35,681 bases of DNA from Syntrophomonadaceae bacterium (GTDB taxonomy: Bacteria > Bacillota > Dethiobacteria > DTU022 > UBA8154). Each line of letters opens with the position of its first letter. The first letter of the stretch is position 1. This document shows positions 8,296-17,056 of this stretch, piece by piece. Made by a program: the position numbers and the translations under genes. The notes under the pieces were generated by a model. That model worked only from the letters and a program-made list of their open reading frames with translations, did no database searches and was not told the origin of the DNA. The stretch covers positions 1-35,681 of the forward strand of contig SKTJ01000079.1 of assembly GCA_007122565.1 (NCBI GenBank). The letters run 5' to 3'.

Positions 8296-9306
8296 TTGCC
8301 CAAGGAAGAAAAGATTTCCGGCAAGCGAAAAGTAGCAGTTATGCTCCTTGCCATGGGGCCGGAGTTGGCTTCCCGTATTTTAAAGCAATTATCAGAGCAG
8401 GAAATCGAAACTGTGACAATGGAGATAGCCAACCTGAGCCGTGTTCCCCAGGATCTGCGTGATGAAATCGCGGAAGAGTTCATGCTGATCGGCCAGGCCC
8501 AACGGTTTATGCTGGAAGGCGGGGTCGATTATGCCAAGGAAATTCTGGAGAAAACGCTGGGACAGCATAAAGCAATAGAGATCATGAAGCGATTGAAAGA
8601 ACAGGTTAAGGTCAAACCCTTTACCTTTGTGCGCCATGCTGACCCCAAACAATTGGTAAACCTGATCAGCCAGGAACATCCCCAGACGATTGCTCTGATC
8701 CTTTCTTACCTGGATCCGGATCAGTCGGCTACGATCCTCGCTGAATTGCCTGCCGAAATGCGGGCCGATATTGCCCGCCGCATTGCCCTTATGGATCGGA
8801 CCTCACCGGAGATTCTTAAACAGGTGGAGAGTGTGTTGCGCGACAAGCTTTCCACCCTCTTCCAGCAGGACTTTACCCAGGCCGGCGGCGTGGATACGGT
8901 GGTGGATATTCTTAACAGTGCGGACCGGGGTACGGAAAAGCTCATCCTGGAAGATTTGGAAAAAGAGGATGCGGAGTTGGCCGATGAAATCCGGCAGCGT
9001 ATGTTTATCTTTGAAGATGTTATTACGCTGGACGACTCTTCCATTCAGCGTGTGGTACGTGAGGTGGACAGCAAGGATCTGGCCAAGGCTTTAAAGGGTG
9101 CGAGTGAAGAGGTAAAAGAGCGTGTTTACCGCAACATCTCCAAGCGGGCCGCAGAGATGCTCAAAGAGGACCTGGAATTCATGGGACCGGTGCGCCTGCG
9201 CGAGGTGGAAGAAGCGCAGCAGCGTATCGTGGGAATAATCAGGCGTCTGGACGAGGCCGGCGAAATTATTATTTCCAGAGGTGGGGAAGATGCCATTATC
9301 GCCTAG
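8296..9306 (+). CDS. fliG: Flagellar motor switch protein FliG
   Basis: GKRKVAVMLLAMGPELASRILKQLSEQEIE...; C-terminal torque-helix region ISKRAAEMLKEDLEFMGPVRLREVEEAQQRIV. TTG start follows AAAGGAGG. Confidence 0.95.
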   Translation: MPKEEKISGKRKVAVMLLAMGPELASRILKQLSEQEIETVTMEIANLSRVPQDLRDEIAEEFMLIGQAQRFMLEGGVDYAKEILEKTLGQHKAIEIMKRLKEQVKVKPFTFVRHADPKQLVNLISQEHPQTIALILSYLDPDQSATILAELPAEMRADIARRIALMDRTSPEILKQVESVLRDKLSTLFQQDFTQAGGVDTVVDILNSADRGTEKLILEDLEKEDAELADEIRQRMFIFEDVITLDDSSIQRVVREVDSKDLAKALKGASEEVKERVYRNISKRAAEMLKEDLEFMGPVRLREVEEAQQRIVGIIRRLDEAGEIIISRGGEDAIIA

Positions 9307-10030
9307 AATCCTGCGTGGCCTCAATGTAAAAGGATGGAAAGTCTATGAGCCCCGGGTCCGGGAAGAAGAAGGGCCCGGGGATGATCTTGCAGATAATGAG
9401 ATTGTGGAGGAGCAATTGCCTCCGCCACCGACCCGTGAGGAAATGGAAATGGAGCGGGCGGAAATCCTGGCGACGGCACGCCAAGCGGGGGAGCAACTGC
9501 GCCGGGAAGCGCTGGCGAAAGCGGATAAGGAAGCAACTGCATTGCGAAAAAAAGCAGAGCAGGAAGGTTACCAGGAGGGTTTTAGCCGCGGCGAACAAGA
9601 GGCGGCAAAACTAATAGAAGAGGCAGTGCAAACCCTGGAGGCTGCAAAAGAGGAGTACCGGGCCCTGCTTGACGGGGCGCAGGGGGAGATGCTGCGCATT
9701 GCTGTCAGTATGGCGGAAAAGCTATTAAACGTAAAACTGGAGCTAAACGAAGTTGCTATCCTGGCTATGGTCAACCGCTGCCTGGAAACCCTTCCCGGTG
9801 GGAGTGAGGTGGTTTTGCGCGTTAGTCCCCCGGATGAGCCGTTGTGCCAGCGTAAGGCACAAGACCTGCAAGCCCTGCTGCGTAAAGATGTCTCTCTGCA
9901 GATCGTTGCAGACGAAACGATCCCGGACGGGAGTTGTTCTGTGGAATCTGAAGAGTCAGAGGTTATTTTCCACCTGCAAAAAGAATTGGAGATCCTTACC
10001 AACAAGCTCCTCAGGATGGCGGTTAAATAG
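9290..10030 (+). CDS. fliH: Flagellar assembly protein FliH
   Basis: Charged coiled-coil N-terminal half (AEQEGYQEGFSRGEQEAAKL) and a FliH-type C-terminus. Overlaps the fliG end. Track start is 9281. Confidence 0.85.
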   Translation: MPLSPRILRGLNVKGWKVYEPRVREEEGPGDDLADNEIVEEQLPPPPTREEMEMERAEILATARQAGEQLRREALAKADKEATALRKKAEQEGYQEGFSRGEQEAAKLIEEAVQTLEAAKEEYRALLDGAQGEMLRIAVSMAEKLLNVKLELNEVAILAMVNRCLETLPGGSEVVLRVSPPDEPLCQRKAQDLQALLRKDVSLQIVADETIPDGSCSVESEESEVIFHLQKELEILTNKLLRMAVK

Positions 10031-10107
10031 TGAGATAGTTAGATATAAGATAGGGGATAGGTTTCCATGCCCTATAAGGTGCAAGACTGAACATATTTAG
10101 GGTTTAT

Positions 10108-10147
10108 CTTTGCCTGTCTACTATCAAACTACCAGCTGTCTAACTGG
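10108..10147 (+). repeat. Repeat family E copy a (just upstream of fliI start)
   Basis: CTTTGCCTGTCTACTATCAAACTACCAGCTGTCTAACTGG. Aligns with 19361-19398 and 30930-30968. Confidence 0.75.
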
Positions 10148-10168
10148 TTTTTCTAGACTGGAGGATTT

Positions 10169-11503
10169 ATGTCAACCAGGGTGATTGATTTTGAACGTTA
10201 TTTCCGGGAGATCTGGGCGCACACGCCCCTGAGCGTTAAAGGTAAGGTCACTCAGGTGATCGGCCTGGTGATGGAGGTAAGCGGCCTACGTCCCTTTGTT
10301 GGGGAATTCTGTCTCGTGGAAGTGGAGGAAGGCAAAGAACCGGTCGCTGCCGAAGTGGTGGGCTTCCGTCAGGGTAAGTCCCTGCTTATGCCCCTGGGCA
10401 ACCTGCGGGGTATTGGGCCGGGCTGTCGCGTTATGGCTACGGGAAAGCCTTTTAATATTAATCTGGCGCCTGACCTTGTGGGCAAGGTCCTGGACGGGCT
10501 GGGCAGGCCGATTTTTGGTGGTGAATTGGAGACATCGGTGGTGGAATACGCCGTGGATAACCAACCGCCCAACCCCCTGGAACGTCGCTCCATAGACGAG
10601 GTAATGGTGACGGGAGTGCGGGCAATAGACAGCCTGTTAACCTGCGGCCAGGGCCAGCGTATCGGTATTTTTTCCGGCAGCGGCGTGGGAAAAAGCACGC
10701 TCCTCGGCATGATTGCCCGCTTCAGCGAGGCTGAGGTAAATGTGATCGGCCTTGTGGGGGAGCGGGGGCGGGAGGTCATGGATTTTATCAACAAAGACCT
10801 CGGTCCGGAGGGGTTGAAACGTTCTGTAGTCATCGTATCCACGTCGGACCGGCCAGCCCTGGAGCGGGTGAAGGCGGCGCAAGTGGCCACAGCAGTGGCG
10901 GAGTATTACCGCGACCAGGGGCGCCGCGTTATCCTGATGATGGATTCGGTAACCCGTTATGCCATGGCACTGCGCGAGATCGGCCTCGCCATCGGCGAGC
11001 CGCCGGCCACCAAGGGCTACACCCCGTCGGTGTTTGCTGCCCTGCCCCGCCTGCTGGAGCGATCCGGTACCTCCAGCGCCGGTTCGATTACGGGTTTTTA
11101 TTCAGTCCTTGTTGACGGGGATGATTTTAATGAACCAATCTCCGACGCGGTTCGGGGCATCCTGGACGGTCATATCATCCTGGCCCGTAATCTGGCAGCC
11201 CGTAATCACTATCCCGCCATTGATGTGCTGGGGAGCACGAGCAGGCTGATGCCTTATATCGTACCGACGGAGCACCGGGAGCAGGCAGCCCGTGCCATCG
11301 AACTATTGGCCACGTATCGTGACAATGAGGATCTGATCAATATTGGGGCTTATGTAAAAGGATCCAACCCCCGTGTGGACAAGGCTATTAAATATCGGGA
11401 TTCTATTGAACGTTTTTTATGTCAGGATATGACCGAATCTGTCACCTGGCAGCAGAGTATGGAAGCTTTTGCCGGTCTTTTCAACTTACCCGGAAAAAAA
11501 TAA
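10169..11503 (+). CDS. fliI: Flagellum-specific ATPase FliI
   Basis: Walker A GSGVGKST, Walker B ILMMDSVTR, and an F1/T3SS ATPase fold signature throughout. Confidence 0.97.
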   Translation: MSTRVIDFERYFREIWAHTPLSVKGKVTQVIGLVMEVSGLRPFVGEFCLVEVEEGKEPVAAEVVGFRQGKSLLMPLGNLRGIGPGCRVMATGKPFNINLAPDLVGKVLDGLGRPIFGGELETSVVEYAVDNQPPNPLERRSIDEVMVTGVRAIDSLLTCGQGQRIGIFSGSGVGKSTLLGMIARFSEAEVNVIGLVGERGREVMDFINKDLGPEGLKRSVVIVSTSDRPALERVKAAQVATAVAEYYRDQGRRVILMMDSVTRYAMALREIGLAIGEPPATKGYTPSVFAALPRLLERSGTSSAGSITGFYSVLVDGDDFNEPISDAVRGILDGHIILARNLAARNHYPAIDVLGSTSRLMPYIVPTEHREQAARAIELLATYRDNEDLINIGAYVKGSNPRVDKAIKYRDSIERFLCQDMTESVTWQQSMEAFAGLFNLPGKK

Positions 11504-11574
11504 TTATTTCCATCCTTCTTTAAAAAGTCAATTATATAGCGAAAATAATAATAGAGAAGGAGTAATCCCTTATT

Positions 11575-12024
11575 ATGGCTTTTAAGTTCAGGCTGCAAAA
11601 ATTGTTACAATACCGGGAAAATCAAAAAAAGATGGAACAGGAAGAGTTGGCCTGCCGCCAGCGGGAGGTGCTGTCCGCGCAACAGGAGTTAACGCGGTTG
11701 CAGCTTGAAGAACAGCGCCTGCTTGAGCACCACCGTACGCATCAGGGGGGGGAGCTTAATATCCCTGGCCTCATTGCTATGGAAAATTATGGATGTTATT
11801 TGCAGAGATGCCAGCGCGAGCACATGGAGGGTTTACAAAAAGCCGAGGATAAACTGGAGCAACAGCGCAGTGTGGTGATGGAATCATGGCGTTCCTGTCG
11901 CGTCTTGTCATTACTGCGGGAGAAAAAACAGCACGATTACCGGGAGGCGGAAAAAATAAGTGAGCAGCGCCTCAACGATGAACAGGGAATCAATTGTTAT
12001 ATGAGTATGCGGCAGAAGCAATAA
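11575..12024 (+). CDS. fliJ: Flagellar export protein FliJ
   Basis: MAFKFRLQKLLQYRENQKKMEQEELA, a typical FliJ coiled coil. 149 aa, directly after fliI. Confidence 0.85.
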   Translation: MAFKFRLQKLLQYRENQKKMEQEELACRQREVLSAQQELTRLQLEEQRLLEHHRTHQGGELNIPGLIAMENYGCYLQRCQREHMEGLQKAEDKLEQQRSVVMESWRSCRVLSLLREKKQHDYREAEKISEQRLNDEQGINCYMSMRQKQ

Positions 12025-12054
12025 AATTCGCAAGCACAAGGGTCGGTATTTGTT

Positions 12055-12119
12055 TTTTATTCTGACTCCTGATACTGAATTCTTTCTCCTGACTCCTGAC
12101 TCCTGGTTCCTGGATTCTC
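12055..12119 (+). repeat. Repeat family F copy 1 (fliJ-fliK gap), (GACTCCT)n orientation
   Basis: TTTTATTCTGACTCCTGA...CTCCTGACTCCTGACTCCTGG, with four CTCCT motifs. The first 18 nt are identical to the reverse complement of the end of 30847-30898. Confidence 0.85.
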
Positions 12120-12151
12120 GCCCAGCTTTTACGGAAAGGAGGTGAAAAGAG

Positions 12152-13720
12152 ATGAAAACAGAAGCAATCGGCAATGGGGTTTCCCTGGTGCATGACAGTG
12201 GGGTAGTGAGCCAGAAATCTGCGGTGGACGGCGATTCCTTTTCCATGATGCTGCAGGCTATTTTCGCTGCGCGGACACAAATTAATCAGGCACCGGACAG
12301 CGGTTTTCATAATAACCCTGTGGCGGTGTCGGGAGAGAGAGAATCCATCGATGAAAAAGAAGGGGAGTCATTACAAAAATGGCTTGCCTTTGCCGCTTTT
12401 GACGGCCGTTTTGTTGAAAATATGGAGCTACCCGTAGCCGGTCAGGAACTAACTGCTGCAGAGCCAAAAGCAGCGGCAGCTTTTGCTTTGCTCCTGCAGC
12501 AGTGGGACGAATTGCCGCCAAACGGTCAGGAACTGGTCCACCTGCTCCTAGCAGGCATACTGGAAGGTGGTGCGTCCTCACAAGGGGAGCAGAATACACC
12601 CGGCTGGCTCGCTGAGTTGGAGATGCTTGCCGGTGCAGCTACAGCCAAAACTGAACCGGATTTGCTGATGCAGGCGGGTGCTAATATTACTGCCGTCCTG
12701 TCCGGCGAAGCAGAGGCTCTCAGGAAGTTCGGAGATGAGGCGACTGCAGCGAAATTACCACAATCTCCGCAAGGACAGCAGTTGCCGGAACAGTTACCAC
12801 AGCATTTGCTGGAGCGGATTACTGCGCTGGCCCGTCCCATGGAAGAGATGCCCGTCCTGGAAAAGCAACTCGGTTCCGCAGTGGCACCCCCCATCTCAGA
12901 AAAGGGTCTGAGCCCCCAGGCTACAACTCTCGTGGCGTCTTATCTGCAGGAAGGGAAGCCCCTTATTGAGTTGCCTGCGTCGCTCTTATCTGCGTTGCGC
13001 GGGCATCAGGAGGAAATGGAGTTATCCGTGAAAGGCGAAGGTGGAGAGAAAGCCCGTCCTTTTGAGGCGCTGCTCAGCCGTGTGGAGAAGTTTCTAAGCA
13101 GCCTGCTCAGCGGCGGCCGTGGAGAAACAGGCAGTGAGACGCGGCAGTTTGGCGCCCTTGCCGCGGAACAGCAATTAAAAGATTCCCTTGCCGTATTGGG
13201 AGAAAATGATAGCGCCAGAATGAATGCTGCTTTTGGTGGCCGTGCTGAAATGGCTGCCGGCACCCGCAGTTTTGCCTCCACAACCCCTGCTTTCCATCCC
13301 AACGAAGTGATGGCCCAGGTCATGGAGCGTCTTGCCATGCTGGCACGTCCGGGGGCACAGGAATTACGCATGCAGTTGCACCCGGAACATTTGGGTAACA
13401 TGGTGGTTAAGCTGCGCAATGTGCGGGGTGTACTTTCTGCGGAGATTCTCACCCAGCATGTAGCCGTGAAAGAACTACTTGAGGGGCAGTTGGATACCTT
13501 GCGCCAGCGTTTTCAGGACATGAATATACAGGTTGAGGAGTTTCGTGTCCTTGTGGGGGATGAAGATCAGGAAAAGCGTGGTGAAACCGGGGGTTCGGAC
13601 AAAAACCCGGATATCCATGCCGCTGCCGGTTTGAAGCAGAATAATGATCTGCAGCATCCCGCCGTTGCGCTGGAAATACCAAGGGATATGGAACAGCATC
13701 GAGTGGACTATCTGGCCTGA
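12152..13720 (+). CDS. fliK: Flagellar hook-length control protein FliK
   Basis: Low-complexity A/Q/P-rich N-terminal region. C-terminal Flg_hook domain LRMQLHPEHLGNMVVKLRNVRGVLSAEILTQHVAVKELLE. Confidence 0.85.
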   Translation: MKTEAIGNGVSLVHDSGVVSQKSAVDGDSFSMMLQAIFAARTQINQAPDSGFHNNPVAVSGERESIDEKEGESLQKWLAFAAFDGRFVENMELPVAGQELTAAEPKAAAAFALLLQQWDELPPNGQELVHLLLAGILEGGASSQGEQNTPGWLAELEMLAGAATAKTEPDLLMQAGANITAVLSGEAEALRKFGDEATAAKLPQSPQGQQLPEQLPQHLLERITALARPMEEMPVLEKQLGSAVAPPISEKGLSPQATTLVASYLQEGKPLIELPASLLSALRGHQEEMELSVKGEGGEKARPFEALLSRVEKFLSSLLSGGRGETGSETRQFGALAAEQQLKDSLAVLGENDSARMNAAFGGRAEMAAGTRSFASTTPAFHPNEVMAQVMERLAMLARPGAQELRMQLHPEHLGNMVVKLRNVRGVLSAEILTQHVAVKELLEGQLDTLRQRFQDMNIQVEEFRVLVGDEDQEKRGETGGSDKNPDIHAAAGLKQNNDLQHPAVALEIPRDMEQHRVDYLA

Positions 13721-13812
13721 TTGAGACAGTCAAAATTCAAATGTTAAGACTCGAAAGATAAAAGCTTTTGACAATTAACTTGGGTTTTTGACTGGAAAGG
13801 AAGGTGTTCGTC

Positions 13813-14274
13813 ATGCCGATTGATGGAATAACCGGGGGCTCTGGTGGAACTTTTAAGAGCAATGAAACCAAGGTAGAAAATCAGGCTATGGATATGGGGA
13901 CGGAAACGTTTCTTAAGTTGCTCGTTACGCAGATGAAATATCAGGACCCTTTCAGCGGGGGGCAGGATATGGGAGATTTCATGAGCCAGATAGCCCAGTT
14001 TACCATGCTGGAGCGCATTATCAAGCTGCAACAGACAGTGGAGGATTATGCAACCCAGCAGGCGCCGGTGCAGGCCCTGAATCTTCTTAACCGTACAGTG
14101 GAGGTGATGGACGAATACGGTCAGCTCCATCAAGGTGAGGTAACGGCGGTCCGTTTCGCAGACGGAAAGCCGCTGCTCAGGGTAAACGGACAGGAATACT
14201 CCATGCAAGCGGTGCAGCGAGTTGAGGGCAGTGTCAGTAAAGGAGATAGCGCTAGTAACGGTGATGATGTCTAG
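13813..14274 (+). CDS. flgD: Flagellar hook assembly (capping) protein FlgD
   Basis: ETFLKLLVTQMKYQDPFSGGQDMGDFMSQIAQFTMLE. Track start is 13804. Confidence 0.9.
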   Translation: MPIDGITGGSGGTFKSNETKVENQAMDMGTETFLKLLVTQMKYQDPFSGGQDMGDFMSQIAQFTMLERIIKLQQTVEDYATQQAPVQALNLLNRTVEVMDEYGQLHQGEVTAVRFADGKPLLRVNGQEYSMQAVQRVEGSVSKGDSASNGDDV

Positions 14275-14292
14275 CAGTAAAAGGGTGGTGAT

Positions 14293-14712
14293 ATGATGAT
14301 GTCTGATGGCGGGATTGGCAGGCTACCGGGTTCCGGTTTGGGAGAAGTGGTACCGTCGGGCAGGCCCTCCCGGACCCAGACAGACAGGGGGAAAGGAGCG
14401 GGGCCTTCCGGAAACGATTTTGCCACGGTCCTGGGGCAGCAGCGTGCCCGGACGCGGGAGATTAACTTTTCTGCCCATGCACGGCAGAGACTTCACGACA
14501 GGAGCATTGAACTGGGACCTGAAGACGTGGGAAAGCTGGCCCGGGCCGTCGATAAGGCGGAGCAGAAAGGATGTCGCGCTTCCCTGTTGCTTTATGGGGA
14601 TATGGCTTTTGTGGCTGGAGTGGATAACCGCACAATCATCACGGCGCTGGATGGCCGGAACATGAAGGAGCATGTTTTTACCAATATTGACAGTGCATTG
14701 ATTGTGGAATAA
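14293..14712 (+). CDS. Flagellar operon protein of the flg_new type (TIGR02530-like)
   Basis: INFSAHARQRLHDRSIELGPEDVGKLARAVDKAEQKG...LLLYGDMAFVAGVDNRTIITAL. Conserved position between flgD and flgE in Firmicutes. Confidence 0.7.
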   Translation: MMMSDGGIGRLPGSGLGEVVPSGRPSRTQTDRGKGAGPSGNDFATVLGQQRARTREINFSAHARQRLHDRSIELGPEDVGKLARAVDKAEQKGCRASLLLYGDMAFVAGVDNRTIITALDGRNMKEHVFTNIDSALIVE

Positions 14713-14867
14713 GTATTTTAAGGTTTTTAAAAGGGCTGGACCTCCCCGCGAGGAAGCCCGGGGCTGTGGAACGAGCGAAGCAGCCCGCACCGATGCCGGG
14801 ACCACCCGAAGGCCGGTTATTGGAATTTAATGCGGTGAGATGGAGCTAAAAGGAGGTCATTAATAAG

Positions 14868-16799
14868 ATGATTAGATCATTGTCAGCAGCAGTTTCCGGC
14901 TTGCGCAATCATCAGAACAAGCTGGACGTGGTCGGTAACAATATTGCCAACGTGAATACGGTGGGCTACAAGTACAACACGGCTCTTTTTCAGGATATCT
15001 TCAGTCAGACAGTGCGGGGGGCAACGGCTCCCCAACCCGGTCAGGGTGGGATTAACCCCGTGCAGGTTGGACTCGGGATGGGTCTTTCCGCCTCCACGGC
15101 CATTCATACCCAGGGAGCACTGACGAGCACCGGACGGGAATCGGACCTGGCCATTGAGGGCCGGGGCTTTTTTGTGGTGAGTGATGGTGCACAAAACTTC
15201 TATACCCGTGACGGTTCTTTTGTGCGGGACTCCTCCGGTGTGCTTGTTAATGCCAACGGGATGATTCTCATGGGCTGGGTACCGATTATTAACGAGGATG
15301 GGGAAGAGATTATCGATACATCCCAACCTCTGAGCAGCATCAATATTCCCCTTGGTGAAGACACCATTGCCAATGCCACCTCTATGATGGACTTTGCGGG
15401 TAACCTGAACGCCGCTTTGGGCCGGCCGTCTAATTTGTCCGTGGACAATAGCTCGGGTATTAACAAGGTAATCGCCAGCGGCCTGCAGTATGGGGATTAT
15501 CAGGTGACTACAGGAACCGCAGTAGCCGATACTTATGAAGTGAAAATCCTGCAGGAGTATGTGCAAAATGAAGATGTGGCTAGCTGGTTAGAGAACCCTG
15601 ATGTAACACCGACCAATATTAATGCTTCAATGCTAATGGAAGTTGTAGCCAAGGATGGAGATGTTATCACATTCCGTCTCACATCTCACCAATATGACAA
15701 AGACGGCTCTTATCTAAAACCCCAGCCGCTTACTTTTTCAGTGGATACGGGGACTGAGGATGGAACTGGTGACCGGGTAATCGGTGGCCTTACTTTCAGC
15801 ACCGGTTTGATCGGTGGAGCTGTAGATAGCGGAAACAACTATACCGTTGGAGATAAAGTGGTTTTTGATGTGAAGGCTGATGCTGTAGCCGACGACCAAC
15901 ATATAAGCATTGGCTATAACTCTGCAGCTGATGACGGTTATGATGTTAACACCGAGTGGATTTTTAGTGAAGATGCTATTAACAATGATACTTCTGTTTT
16001 GCGCTTTTTCACTCTGGATTCCCGTGGCAACGTATACGACGGTTTAACAACTCTGGGGATCGATGAACTAGGCGATTCCACAGCCCCTCATACCACATTT
16101 TCCTTTATGATGGAAAACGAATCCACTTACGGCTATACAGCCTATGCATACGACTCTTTGGGCAACCAGCATTTCCTGGACATGGTCTTCCGCAAAATTG
16201 ATACAAACACGTGGGAGTATTCCATAACGCACCCGGATGAGAACATTGAGCTGGTAGACGCCCGGGGAACCCTGGAGTTCAACGCCAATGGCAGGTTGCG
16301 GGAGACCTCTGATATTCGCGAGCTTTCCTTTAATCCCAATAACGGAGCGGATGAAGTGATATTTACCCCCGATTTCAGTATTACAACCCAGTTGGTTGCA
16401 GAAAGCAACGTAATCGCCCGCAGGCAGGACGGGTTTGCCGCAGGGGAACTGGTGGCTTTTGAAATACAGGCAACAGGGATAGTATCGGGCACATACACTA
16501 ACGGTATGATTAAGAAGCTGGGTCAGGTGGCCATGGCCTCCTTCATTAACCCTGAAGGATTATTCAAGATTGGCGCCAACCTCTACGACGTCTCCGCCAA
16601 CTCGGGCGATGCCCGAATCGGTATACCCGGCGATCAGGGGCGCGGTCTGATCCAGGCCAGGGCTCTGGAGATGTCCAATGTGGACCTGGCCAATGAGTTT
16701 ACGGAGATGATCACCACGAGCCGGGCCTTCCAGGCTAACTCCCGGGTGATCAGCACCTCCGATGAGGTTTTGCAGGAACTGGTTAACATCAAACGGTAA
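14868..16799 (+). CDS. flgE: Flagellar hook protein FlgE (643 aa, large central insertion)
   Basis: N-terminus MIRSLSAAVSGLRNHQNKLDVVGNNIANVNTVGYK. C-terminus EMSNVDLANEFTEMITTSRAFQANSRVISTSDEVLQELVNIKR. Confidence 0.95.
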   Translation: MIRSLSAAVSGLRNHQNKLDVVGNNIANVNTVGYKYNTALFQDIFSQTVRGATAPQPGQGGINPVQVGLGMGLSASTAIHTQGALTSTGRESDLAIEGRGFFVVSDGAQNFYTRDGSFVRDSSGVLVNANGMILMGWVPIINEDGEEIIDTSQPLSSINIPLGEDTIANATSMMDFAGNLNAALGRPSNLSVDNSSGINKVIASGLQYGDYQVTTGTAVADTYEVKILQEYVQNEDVASWLENPDVTPTNINASMLMEVVAKDGDVITFRLTSHQYDKDGSYLKPQPLTFSVDTGTEDGTGDRVIGGLTFSTGLIGGAVDSGNNYTVGDKVVFDVKADAVADDQHISIGYNSAADDGYDVNTEWIFSEDAINNDTSVLRFFTLDSRGNVYDGLTTLGIDELGDSTAPHTTFSFMMENESTYGYTAYAYDSLGNQHFLDMVFRKIDTNTWEYSITHPDENIELVDARGTLEFNANGRLRETSDIRELSFNPNNGADEVIFTPDFSITTQLVAESNVIARRQDGFAAGELVAFEIQATGIVSGTYTNGMIKKLGQVAMASFINPEGLFKIGANLYDVSANSGDARIGIPGDQGRGLIQARALEMSNVDLANEFTEMITTSRAFQANSRVISTSDEVLQELVNIKR

Positions 16800-16869
16800 A
16801 ATAACTGTTCGTGAGGATTCAGAATGAGAGAACCGACGAAAACTTTTGCAGACATGTTGGTTTAGAAAA

Positions 16870-16913
16870 AACCAGGGGTGAAGCATGCCCCGGTTGGTGA
16901 AATCTGTTTTTTT
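16870..16913 (+). terminator. Weak terminator-like hairpin after flgE
   Basis: AACC(A)GGGG (16870-16878) pairs with CCCCGGTT (16888-16895). The T7 run lies only at 16907-16913, 11 nt downstream. Confidence 0.35.
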
Positions 16914-17056
16914 ACCAGCTACTTCTTTTTTGGGAAAAAGCAGGAATTTTCCCGGACTTTGTTGAAAATTACCAAGGTACCGAGGGATGTTTTACGGATG
17001 GTTTGGTCTCGTTTAACTTTCGTACAGGCACCCAATGGTGGAAGCGGGGTAAAAGG

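Noticed and set aside
13768-13796. Perfect TTGACA (13768-13773) upstream of flgD as a sigma-A promoter
   Set aside because: No acceptable -10 hexamer lies 16-18 nt downstream (ACTGGA at the 17-nt position), and the site is within a short intercistronic spacer.
14883-15566. 227-aa minus-strand ORF inside flgE, and similar antisense ORFs at 23749-24261, 25942-26496, 10369-10890 and 9568-10005
   Set aside because: All lie opposite strongly supported flagellar genes, have low-complexity or biased composition, and lack motifs or RBSs.
16802-16826. TAACTGTTC right after the flgE stop, resembling the start of family C copies 2 and 3
   Set aside because: Only about 9-13 nt match and the rest of family C is absent. 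This is within chance for such a short string.
16797-16840. Sigma-28 promoter for motAB (TAAA at 16797-16800 and ACCGACGA at 16832-16839)
   Set aside because: The spacer is about 31 nt instead of about 15, and the -10 match is poor.
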